Positions 1-8,405 of a stretch of DNA of 10,962 bases are shown here, piece after piece. Under the pieces are notes generated by a model. The model saw only the letters and a list, made by a program, of their open reading frames with translations, was not told where the DNA came from and made no database searches. A program made the translations under genes and the position numbers. This DNA is from Octopus sinensis (taxonomy: Eukaryota): contig NW_021827216.1 in NCBI RefSeq assembly GCF_006345805.1, positions 1 to 10,962 on the forward strand, given 5' to 3'. Within the stretch, counting starts at the first letter, position 1; every line of letters begins with the position of its first letter.

Positions 1-3
1 TTG

Positions 4-175
4 TTGGATTATCCCATAAACAATGCGGTTGTTTTTATACTTCTTTTATTTTTCAAAATGAAGAAAACAAAGTTCTTTTGTAATCTAAAATATACTCTCC
101 TTCATTTTCTACAATGCTCTTCCATCTATCTGGTTGTCTTGCAAGGCTCCTCTTGAAAATTCATACTGGAGACGA
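4..175 (-). mobile_element. Mariner DNA transposon 3' remnant (transposase C-terminus plus terminal inverted repeat)
   Basis: Minus strand 154..83 translates KRSLARQPDRWKSIVENEGEYILD, matching the mariner transposase C-terminal pattern (G..L..RW..V...G.Y). Stop/frameshift just upstream. 4-33 (ttggattatcccataaacaatgcgg) resembles a mariner TIR. Confidence 0.8.
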
Positions 176-297
176 GTTACTCGTATCATGGTAATTCGTG
201 ACGGGTATCACAAGGTCAGCATCATGACTGCTACTCTATGTCTGTGGACACTACAAATGCAGTAAGACGTGACATGGACAGCTGTAACGGAGGCAAC

Positions 298-465
298 AAT
301 GCTACATCCCACATCTTTGAACATGGCCTTAGGCCCAATTCACATGGCTATGTAAATCTGCAAGAGCTTGTGGTCAACCTTTGTGTGGAGAGTATTGCCA
401 CTGGAGGGTCATATGTATGACTGAAGGATTCAGCTTCTTGCCATAAGTGTAGAAGACACTGGCTC
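298..465 (+). mobile_element. Tc1/mariner-superfamily (maT/DD37D-like) transposase catalytic-domain remnant
   Basis: Frame of ORF 238..420 read through its TGA gives HIFEHGLRPNSHGYVNLQELVVNLCVESIATGGSYV*LKDSASCHKCRRHWL. This resembles the YVWQQDSAP.H...Q.WL block around the second catalytic Asp (GAT 427-429); TGA 418-420 replaces a likely Trp codon. Subfamily assignment is from recall. Confidence 0.7.
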
Positions 466-584
466 AAGATACCGCTCTGTAATAATGAAAGCTAAATCAC
501 ATGGTCGCGAAACGAACTTTTTAGAGACAATCTCATGCTTGTGTTTGTGTGTATACACGTATACACATACACTTATTTATGTGT

Positions 585-673
585 GAGAGAGAGGAAGAGG
601 GAGAAAAAGAGGGAGAGTGGTGCGAGGATAGAGAGAGAAACCAAGGAGACAAGTGAGGGAGAGAGAGAGAGAG
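585..673. repeat. GA-rich imperfect simple repeat
   Basis: Purine-rich gagagaggaagagg... tract ending in (GA)n. Confidence 0.85.
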
Positions 674-1186
674 CATGAGAAATATGATTATGATGTTCCG
701 TTTAGCTTTCATTTATATATTCTTTTCTGGCAAATCCCACTTGTAAATAAAAATAGAAAGCAAGAAAAAGAGAAATGGAAAACTTAGTACAGTAACGGTT
801 TTTATCAAATCTGCGAGTCTCCAGGTTTGCAGTCGTAGAATTTGACAAGCACCTAGCTCCATTAGAAGAGAATAAAAATAAAAATAAAAAAAAAGACAGA
901 ATTTGTAGAAATTCAAATCAGACGCCGAACATTTCTAAGTGAATAAGTAAGAGTATATAATTAAATGCGTCTTCCTTAGCGAGAATTGCTTCAGTGAAAG
1001 AAAATGGCGCATCTTTGTTTGTCATTGTCTCGACTTTTTCTCATTTTAATATCCCGTCTCGTGCGGAAACTTTTCAATTCGTGCTGTACAAGAAAGATCT
1101 GTCTTATATGATTAAGAATCGTTCGTGTGATTACGTTTCGTCTCATCTACCAATCTCATCAATTTCACACCCCGAGTTTCAAACGT

Positions 1187-1210
1187 CACACACACACACA
1201 CACACACACA
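1187..1210. repeat. (CA)12 microsatellite
   Basis: Perfect CA dinucleotide run. Confidence 0.95.
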
Positions 1211-1473
1211 TTTCAACGATGTCCTTTGTTAATGCTGATTAAAATTCCATTCTCTCCACAAATGACAGTCTGCAAATTCTACGAAACAAGTTGTTGAGTA
1301 TGTTTTATACATGACCGTACAGAGATCTGTCTTGGAGTGTTATTCAGGTACAAACGTCAGCATTTCAGATGCACCGAGTGCACTGACAGTTTTAATAGCA
1401 AAATAAAGCTGACACTCATGCTGTGAGGACATAGGACAACGAAACCCTAAAAACACCTGGAGATGGTACCCAG

Positions 1474-1589
1474 TCTTTCCCTCTTTCTCTCCCCATTTAT
1501 CTCTCTCCCTCTTTTTCTCGCTCTCCATTTATCTCTCTCCCTCTTTCTCTCTCTTTCCTTTTATCTTTCTCTCCCTCTTTCTCTCTCTC

Positions 1590-1643
<54 letters not shown>

Positions 1644-1729
1644 GTCTGTATGTCTGTCTGTCTGTCTGCTCTATCTATTTCTCTCTCTCTCTCTTTATCT
1701 ATCTGTATGTATGTCTGTCTCTCTCACTA

Positions 1730-1786
<57 letters not shown>

Positions 1787-1814
1787 GTCTATCTATCTAT
1801 CTATCTATCTATAT
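1474..1814. repeat. Compound microsatellite (CT)n/(TATC)n/(TGTC)n/(CT)n/(TA)n/(TATC)n
   Basis: Directly visible; explains the low-complexity ORFs 1463..1816 and 1650..1970. Confidence 0.95.
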
Positions 1815-1954
1815 AATCATCTAATAATCCCTCTCTCTCGTTTTATATCTATTCACTATCATTTTATATTTTATAGAATTTCATTGTCTTTTCATGCATT
1901 AGTGTTGCAAATAGCCAGCAGACTTATTAAAATATTTACTAGTGACAGAGGCAG

Positions 1955-2171
1955 TATTCTTTTCTACTAGGGTACAAGGCCCGAAATTTTTGGGGAGGGG
2001 ACACGTCGATAAGATCGACCCCAGTACGCAACTGGTACTTTATTTATCGACCCCGAAAGAATGAAAGGCAAAGTCGACCTCGGTGAAATTTGAACTCAGA
2101 ACGTAAAAACAGACGAAATACTGCTAAGCATTTCGCTCGGCGTCTTAACGTTTCTGCCAGCTCACCGCCTT
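1955..2171 (-). mobile_element. tRNA-derived octopus-type SINE, full length, tail type 1
   Basis: Reverse complement reads aaggcggtgagctggcagaaacgttaag...gttctgagttcaaatttcacc...gtcgactttgcctttcattctttcggggtcgat...ctagtagaaaagaata. It has A-box-like TGGCAGAAACG and B-box GTTCAAATTTC and aligns with five other copies in the window. No TSD seen. Confidence 0.92.
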
Positions 2172-2243
2172 TGACTGAAACAGTGTTAATACCGAAAAGC
2201 AATTTTTATATCTAAGTTAACTTGGATGTTGCATTAAATTCTA

Positions 2244-2553
2244 ACGTGGTTTACAAAGTGGGGGTTATTGCCTCCTGGGTGCGGTAGAAAGTTCCAAGAG
2301 AGCGTTGAAGAAAAGTGGGGTGATAATGGAATAGCGATTCATGTAAAAATTGGGGCGATTGTTGGGTGGCGATTCATGTAAAAACAACAAAAGACGGGTT
2401 CATTAAGTTAAGTTTTATTTGTGAAATACAGTTGCTTTGAATTTGCTTTAGAAAGAGGTCTGTGTTTGTGATGGTTAGTTGTGAAGGATGCAGTAGTTAT
2501 GTCAAGGTTAGATGTCAAGGGGGCGGCTGCCCGAAAAGGTTTGGGAGACACTG
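2244..2553. mobile_element. Possible degenerate hAT-type MITE
   Basis: Right end ...aggtttgggagacactg (2553) reverse-complements to cagtgtctcccaaac, a hAT/Charlie-like TIR. Left end acgtggtttacaaagtgggg is a degenerate match. G-rich subterminal motifs at both ends; no direct 8-bp TSD found. Confidence 0.4.
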
Positions 2554-3279
2554 CGTTAGAACACGGATAACTGAGGTGTTGAACTTAAAAGGACCTCTCA
2601 TATGGATGCATGGCACTCGTATTAATATAGTTAGCAGACGAAAATCCTCTGCTACGTGTGCCGGAACTATCAGATCAAGCGATTGCGATGTGACAGGTCT
2701 CTTCAGAAATACCGCAGTAACGGCAAAACAGCCGAATCTCTGTGCTCTTACAAAACATCCAATGTTAGATTAATTATAAAGATTGCATCTCAGTGTAAAA
2801 TACAACTTTTGTAACCGTTAATTATCATTTAATAAGTCTGTTGGCTATTTGCGACACTGAACTGCTATATATCGTTGATAGTGGGACTTGGCTGTTATGT
2901 CGTCACAGAGTTCGGACTGATGAAATCGGGCAGGTAGAAACCTCTAAATGTGGTAGTGCGGCGTAGTAGACTATTCTGGTAACTAACGAAATATTCAGAT
3001 TTCTAACAAAATAGCCACATTAAGTTGCATATAAAGAATCCGTTTGTGCTGTGACTACTGATCCTGTCACTATTATATATATAATAATTTCCCCTAGAGA
3101 ATTTCCTTGTAGTTTGACCGTTGATGGTCTATTTCTAGCATACGGCCGACTCCCTAGCAGTAAGCCCTGCCAATATACACATATATTAGAATTTTCTCTG
3201 ACCCCTCAGATTTTTGTATGCTGGACTACTGGTTTTAAATTGATATTAAAATTAATATTAATTTATCTCCCTCATTATT

Positions 3280-3283
<4 letters not shown>

Positions 3284-3364
<81 letters not shown>

Positions 3365-3375
3365 TGGTGTGTGTG
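3284..3375. repeat. Compound (TA)n(TG)n microsatellite flanked by tatttaaa direct repeats
   Basis: tatttaaa at 3276-3283 and 3376-3383, exactly at both boundaries. Confidence 0.95.
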
Positions 3376-3383
3376 TATTTAAA

Positions 3384-3560
3384 GATATAAAAATCTTTAG
3401 CGATTTATTATTAACTGATTTTTAATATGGTAATTAATTTTTCAGTATATTCATTTGTACAATGAATGAGAGTTTATATAGAAATTATAAGTTATAATTG
3501 GATGAATTCGTGCCAGCATCTGCGGTTATACCTATAATTAAAGTTAAAAGTAAAGTAAGA
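3384..3560 (+). pseudogene. Mitochondrial 12S rRNA (rrnS)-like fragment, probable NUMT
   Basis: GTGCCAGCATCTGCGGTTATAC (3510-3531) fits the conserved small-subunit rRNA 530-loop in its metazoan mitochondrial form (GTGCCAGCHNHHGCGGTYA). Flanks are colinear with 12S: cagta...caatgaatgagagttt (3443-3475), ttggatgaattc before the motif and ...aagttaaaag after. Very AT-rich. Boundaries approximate. Confidence 0.75.
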
Positions 3561-4416
3561 TGTAATTTCAAGCTTTTAAAATTAAAAAGCCTAAAACTTT
3601 TTTATTTTAGGCTCAATATTTTGTTCAGTTTAACATCATCTGGTCTTTTGGGGGCCTTTTGCTGGAGTTGACTTCATTATAGACATTTGCAGCGGATTCC
3701 TTGTCCCCGCCGCCATGTCTGTTTGGTTTATAAAAAAATGTAGTAAATAGATGTTCACACCGGGTATTAACCGCGTTAGTCCTACTAGATAGGGAAGGCC
3801 TGAAAATATGCCAATTGCTACCGTTTTGTTGCACGACTAAACTACGAGAAAAATGAACTCAACAAAATCAAGGAAAAAAACACTCACCAAATCATTCTAT
3901 TAACATATGCTCCCAACAAACGTCTGTAGTAATAGAATTATAGCAAAAATCGTTTGCAGCCGCCAATCCGTGTAGCAAGTCAACAAGATCTATCAGTGTT
4001 TCATCTCTAACTCGACGTAAATAATTAAACGAAATGCTTTTTCAACGTAAACATTTTACGACTGAATATCTTAGGAAAACTTGTAAAATGGTTTATTATA
4101 ATGCTGTAATGTCTATACCATTTACAATATACACGGCCTCTTTTCAATTTCTATGGTTTTTGTCTCTTAAATCTAATTTAGATTCTGATCACTGTCTACC
4201 AAAAAACAAAAAAAAAAGAATAAAAATTAAAAATTAAAAATAAAAAAGAACACGCAAAGTAAAAGAGAGAGAGAGAGCAGAGAAGTAAAGAAAAATAGAC
4301 AATACAAACACTCTTCGCAGTTTATCTTGTATTACCTTTCAAAAGTTAGTTGATATGACGTCTAGTCAAACGTTATCTCATATCTGAAATAGAAATAATT
4401 AAAAGGAATTGGTCGT

Positions 4417-4490
4417 TATATACACACACTATATTCACAAGCATACACACATACACGCGCGCACACACACACACACGCACATACGTACAC
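4417..4490. repeat. CA/CG-rich imperfect microsatellite
   Basis: Interrupted (CA)n with cgcgcg. Confidence 0.85.
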
Positions 4491-4700
4491 AAAAGGCGTA
4501 CGCGCAAAAATATATTTAGAAGTATATGTATATAATCATATGCATGTATGTAAGTATATTTAATATCGTATATAGACGTGTATATATTCCTTACTAATTC
4601 TATTCACATTTGTAAGAAACACTCTTGCATGTCAGTAGATAACAAGCTTATCTATATAAACCTCATCTGTATAAACATTTTCCCACTTAAAGCCAATATT

Positions 4701-4780
4701 ATACGTACACAAATACACACACACGCACACACACACATACACACACAAACGTGCATACATCTATACATATATACACACAC
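4701..4780. repeat. CA-rich imperfect microsatellite
   Basis: Interrupted (CA)n/(TACA)n. Confidence 0.85.
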
Positions 4781-5096
4781 CAAGGGCAAGTATCTTCTAT
4801 TATAGCCTCGCGCCGATCAAAGCCTTATGAGCGAATTTGGTAGACGGACACTGAAAGAAACCCGTCATATATATGAATATATATATATATATATTATAAT
4901 ATATATAATATATATATATATATGTATGTATGTATGTATGTATATATATATATATATGAGTGTGTGTTTGTCTCCCCACCATCATTTGACAGTCTGTGTT
5001 GGTGTGTTTATGTCCCTGCAACTTAGCGATTCGTCAAAGGGACCGATAGAATAAGTAGTAGGACCAAATAGTCCTGTGGTCGACTTCTTCGACTAA
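4778..5096 (+). mobile_element. 5'-truncated CORE-like octopus SINE with an internal microsatellite
   Basis: Starts caccaagggcaagtatcttctattatagcctc (CORE-like ccttgggcaag motif), continues tttggtagacggacactgaaagaaacccgtc, internal (TA)n/(TATG)n/(TG)n at 4867-4968, then gtttgtctcccc...acttagcgattcgtcaaagggaccgatagaataagta...gtcgacttcttcgactaa. Family recognised from recall. Confidence 0.8.
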
Positions 5097-5160
5097 TACA
5101 TATACATACATATATGTGTGTGTGTGTGTATTTGTGTGTGTACATATATATATATATATG
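5097..5160. repeat. (TACA)/(TG)n/(TA)n compound microsatellite
   Basis: Directly visible. Confidence 0.9.
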
Positions 5161-5681
5161 TTACTGTTAATATAACCACGGGTGTGTCGTTTTCCGTTAA
5201 TTAATAAGTTAAAAAAATGTATAGTAAATACATAAACGAAAAACCGACAGAGATAGGACACGAACAAAGGGAAAACAGACACAGAAGTTCTCCAATTCCT
5301 CATCAACGGCGTGTGTGTCAAACGCAATTTGTGCCTTTAACGATTATATGGATTTCTGTTTGGTGGCAATCTTTCCGAGTCTAATCGTGAGCAGAGAGTG
5401 AGTGTGTGCTCTTCTTTGCTGTCACGTCACACGAATAAATATGTTTTGGGACCGAATAGTGGCAGTGATGATAAATGGGTTCTCTATAAAAATGTCAAGC
5501 GCCGAAGAGAGTGGAAAGAGAAAGGAGAAACACATACACCCCAGTCTAAAGAAGATCTTCACCCTCGTAAGGTGTTGAAATGTTTGGTGGAATACGAAAG
5601 GTTTATTCCACTTAAAATTTTTAAACCCGAACCAAACGATACCAAAGGAGATCTATGGCTTCAAGACGGCAGGTATCTTCC

Positions 5682-5843
5682 AAACTTTGGCCCCAGGCGA
5701 GTAATTTCAGCGGTATGGGTAATCGGATTACATCGAGCCCAGTATTTTGTCGGCCCCGAAAGGCAAAGTCTGCCTCTGCGGACAGGCGAAATGCAGCGAA
5801 GCAGTTTACCCAGGGTGCTAACGATTCTGAAAGCTCACTACTT
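5682..5843 (-). mobile_element. Degenerate, internally deleted copy of the tRNA-derived SINE with a different tail (type 3)
   Basis: Plus-strand blocks gattacatcgagcccagta, ccccgaaaggcaaagtc, gcgaaatgcagcgaagc and gtgctaacgattctgaaagctcac align in order with the copy at 1955-2171, with three internal deletions including the B-box. Confidence 0.75.
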
Positions 5844-6120
5844 TTGCACACATATGCATATATTAAAACAGAAATTGGAAAATGTGATATATTTTTAAAA
5901 TTCTCTTTTACAAGTGTTTCATTGTAGGATATGAATTAAATGTTGAAATCATGTAGAGGATTGTCTATCCACACTACTTCAGGCAAAGATACAAAAAGAA
6001 TCTTTTCAATTTGCATGTATGCCTCAATTGAAATAAAACATCTATATTCTTGCATTTGACCACTAGAACGTGAAGATATGCTTCAAAAGGAAGACCTCTT
6101 CTATACACCATATGTACGTA

Positions 6121-6600
6121 TTTCATTATTCAGTTTATTTCAATAAAGAAAGAACTGGTTACTAATTTATATCCAAGGTTTCTTCATCACAATTTCAACA
6201 TCAACAATAAGGTATTTTCGTATGTATGTATGTTTGTGTAGATTTGTATGTGTTTTGTATGTATTCTTACGCATAGAAATGCATATCTGAAAATGCTCAT
6301 ATATATTTAAACGATAAACTTCTGGAAAGTTTTACAAATTTTTACAGTTCCAGTGATGAATTGCATCTGTAGTCTTCGAATTAGCTTTCTCCTTTCTGGT
6401 TTTGAAAGCCTAATTTCTCAAGATTGGTATTTAGACTGTGTATTACACATCTCAGGGCCCAATAATTACAGGTATAAACCTGGACTTCAAATCTGGATAG
6501 AGTAATTGCAGAAGTCTGAATAGTTCAGTATAGGTGTTCCCTTTTCCACTGATCTTCAGCTTTATGTTAAAATCCACTGGGCAGCTAGTTTCTCTTCTCT
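6121..6600 (-). mobile_element. 5'-truncated R4/Dong-clade (RLE) non-LTR retrotransposon: end of ORF plus 3' UTR
   Basis: Minus strand from 6592 reads ETSCPVDFNIKLKISGKGNTYTELFRLLQLLYPDLKSRFIPVIIG, then after 1-nt frameshifts near 6457 and 6405 LRCVIHSLNTNLEKLGF/SKPERRKLIRRLQMQFITGTVKICKTFQKFIV* (TAA 6309-6307). The E.S.P, P.IIG.LG and terminal GT..I...F motifs are typical of the R4/Dong RLE C-terminus. Confidence 0.8.
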
Positions 6601-6601
6601 C

Positions 6602-7030
6602 ATGTATGTATGTATGTATGTATGTATGTATGTATGTATGTATGTATGCATGTATGTATGTATGTATGTATGTATGCATGTATCTATGTATGTATACATG
6701 CGTGTATGTATGTATGTATGTATGCATGCATGCATGCATGCATGTATGTATGGATGGATGGATATATGTATGTATGGATGGATGTATGTATGTATGCATG
6801 TATCTATGTATGTATGTATACATGCGTGTATGTATGTATGTATGCATGCATGCATGCATGTATGTATGTATGGATGGATGGATGGATATATGTATGTATG
6901 TATGGATGTATTTATGTATGTATGGATGGATGGATGGATGGATGTATACGTGCGTGTATGTATGTATATATATATGTATGCATGTATGTATGGACGGATG
7001 GATGCATGCATGCATGCACGTATGTATGTA
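6602..7030. repeat. Tetranucleotide array (TATG/CATG/GATG) with ~120-bp higher-order periodicity
   Basis: Directly visible; gcatgtatct at 6676 and 6796; tacatgcgtg at 6695 and 6819, variant at 6947. Confidence 0.95.
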
Positions 7031-7301
7031 AGGGTTTATTTGTCTCTATCTGGTGCATCTAACAGCAATTTTGCGGCACTTACATCTTATTGAGTTCTCT
7101 CCCTTCATGCAAATTCGAAATTTGGTTTCATTTCCTCTTCTTAGGTGATCAATAAATTAATTTCCATCCTGAGTATTACGATGATGATTGGAGAAATCCT
7201 AACAGTGCTTAAATCGATCCAGTTTCTGTTAATCATTAAAAGATTGTTAATGTTGATTATAAAGTAACCAATGTTTGTCTGGTTGCAAGCTACCCTTCCC
7301 A

Positions 7302-7315
7302 GTTGCCATAGCGAC
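7302..7315 (-). promoter_or_regulatory. Candidate RFX X-box
   Basis: Reverse complement GTCGCTATGGCAAC fits GTHNYY-AT-RRNAAC with no mismatch. CCAAT near 7268 and AAATGGCGG (YY1-like) at 7372-7380 are nearby. A single short motif can arise by chance. Confidence 0.3.
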
Positions 7316-7719
7316 ATCAAATATACACAGACATATATAGAAGAAATGACAAAAAATCGTAATGGATAGTGAAATGGCGGACTAAATATACGTGAAATCA
7401 ACCAGAAATTCAACGAGAGAATTCAACATAAAAAATTCTGTTTTACTACAAAACAAAACAACTAATTAAAATATAAAAATAATTTAAACTAACGAGACAA
7501 GTATAGTTTTAAATTTGGTTTATTTCATCTAACAACTTCCTGAAATCATGAAAGAAAATAGAAAAAAGGAAAAAAAAAATCAGACAGTCAGCTAATCCAC
7601 ATTCGACCAAATTGCTGATGCGTTCAATCGCTTGTAACATAACTTTTAATTTTCTTTTGCTGGAGTTGTTAAGCGATAGCAGAGCATAAGTAGAAACAGA
7701 ACAATTTGTGTTATATCAG

Positions 7720-7767
7720 GTAGCACAGTTTGATATAGCAGAGGTTGATTTAAACATATATTTAAAG
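7720..7767 (+). CDS. Candidate 48-nt internal coding exon (VAQFDIAEVDLNIYLK), gene unidentified
   Basis: Acceptor tttgtgttatatcag|G and donor AAG|gtaaac bracket exactly 16 codons; only phase 0 is open. No partner exon or protein family identified. Confidence 0.3.
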
Positions 7768-7835
7768 GTAAACCAGAAAAACGATCATTTTTGTAGTATA
7801 TGGAATTCTTCTAAAATAAACGGCACATAAACTCA

Positions 7836-8400
7836 GTGGATTCCTTCGGCCTCCACCCGCTGTTATGCCGTCATAGTGTTGGCCACCTGAAACGCCATGC
7901 CGCCCTTAACAAGATTATAAAGCATGGCTTAGACGCCGTAGGTTTCCCTTCCCAGATCCAGCCATCGGGGTAGACCGAAGGGATGTTAGAAGGCTGGACG
8001 GTATGACAAGGTGGCGAGCTGGCAGAAACGTTAGCACGCCGGGTGAAATGCGTAGCCGTATTTCGACTGTCGCTACGTTCTGAGTTCAAATTCCGCCTAG
8101 GTCGACTTTGCCTTTTATCCCTTCGGGGTCGATTAAATAAGTACCAGTTATGCACTAGGGTCGATATAATCGACTTAATCCGTTTGTCTGTCCTTGTTTG
8201 TCCTCTCTGTGTTTAGCCCCTTGTGGGTAGTAAAGAAATAGTTATGACAATTTTCTCTGTCTGTGGTAGTATGCCCCTTATCTGGGATGTCACATGCAGT
8301 GATGCCTATTTCAGTGGTATCTTGGTGGTGTCAGCTAGCAGCCCAGGCCCCGCTTCTCCTCAGGCTGAGAAAGTAAACTTCTCCACTACAGTTTTCATTT
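7836..8400 (+). mobile_element. CRE-clade non-LTR retrotransposon remnant (CCHC finger plus RLE domain), split by a SINE
   Basis: 7836-7970 reads VDSFGLHPLLCRHSVGHLKRHAALNKIIKHGLDAVGFPSQIQPSG, then a 1-nt frameshift to DRRDVRRLDGMT. After the SINE it resumes MTIFSVCGSMPLIWDVTCSDAYFSGILVVSASSPGPASPQAEK (8244-8372). This matches the CRE pattern RH..LN.II...L...G.PS..EP.GL.R.DG.RPDG.T...LIWD.TC.D. Right boundary uncertain (8375-8405). Confidence 0.8.
8008..8242 (+). mobile_element. tRNA-derived SINE, full length, tail type 2, with 8-bp TSD
   Basis: aaggtggcgagctggcagaaacgttagc...gagttcaaattccgcc...gtcgatataatcgacttaatccgtttgtctgtcc...ttgtgggtagtaaagaaatag. TSD tatgacaa at 8002-8009 and 8243-8250. 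Confidence 0.95.
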
Positions 8401-8405
8401 CCTTG

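Noticed and set aside
1269-1347. Possible 79-nt plus-strand exon (SANSTKQVVEYVLYMTVQRSVLECYS)
   Set aside because: Moderate splice sites, no recognisable family, and it conflicts with reading the same cag|gt as an acceptor; unsupported without RNA data.
1463-1970. ORFs 1463..1816 and 1650..1970
   Set aside because: Translations of (CT)n/(TATC)n/(TA)n repeats that lack stop codons; not genes.
2462-2773. 103-aa ORF
   Set aside because: GTG start inside the putative MITE, with no recognisable domain or splice context.
2905-2960. CTGATGA...GAAA (2917-2940) as a second hammerhead
   Set aside because: Stem II is closed by an A-A mismatch and no stem I can form in type I or type III topology.
3709-3750. 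Perfect Kozak context gccgccATG at 3715 on the plus strand
   Set aside because: The frame stops after 11 codons (MSVWFIKKCSK*) with no convincing donor.
5398-5898. 166-aa ORF, the longest non-microsatellite ORF
   Set aside because: GTG start, no recognisable domain, and its 3' half is the antisense of a decayed SINE.
6452-7093. Five overlapping 150-190 aa ORFs rich in H/T/Y/I or M/Y/V/C
   Set aside because: Produced by the tetranucleotide array; only the last ~47 aa of 6452..7015 (-) are meaningful, and they belong to the R4/Dong remnant.
7120-7265. Strong plus-strand acceptor tttcctcttcttag|7145
   Set aside because: Two phases stop within four codons, the third gives a non-descript peptide ending in a stop, and only a weak donor follows.
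3656-7668. 15-bp exact match cttttgctggagttg at 3656-3670 and 7654-7668
   Set aside because: No extension on either side; plausible by chance in 11 kb of AT-rich DNA.
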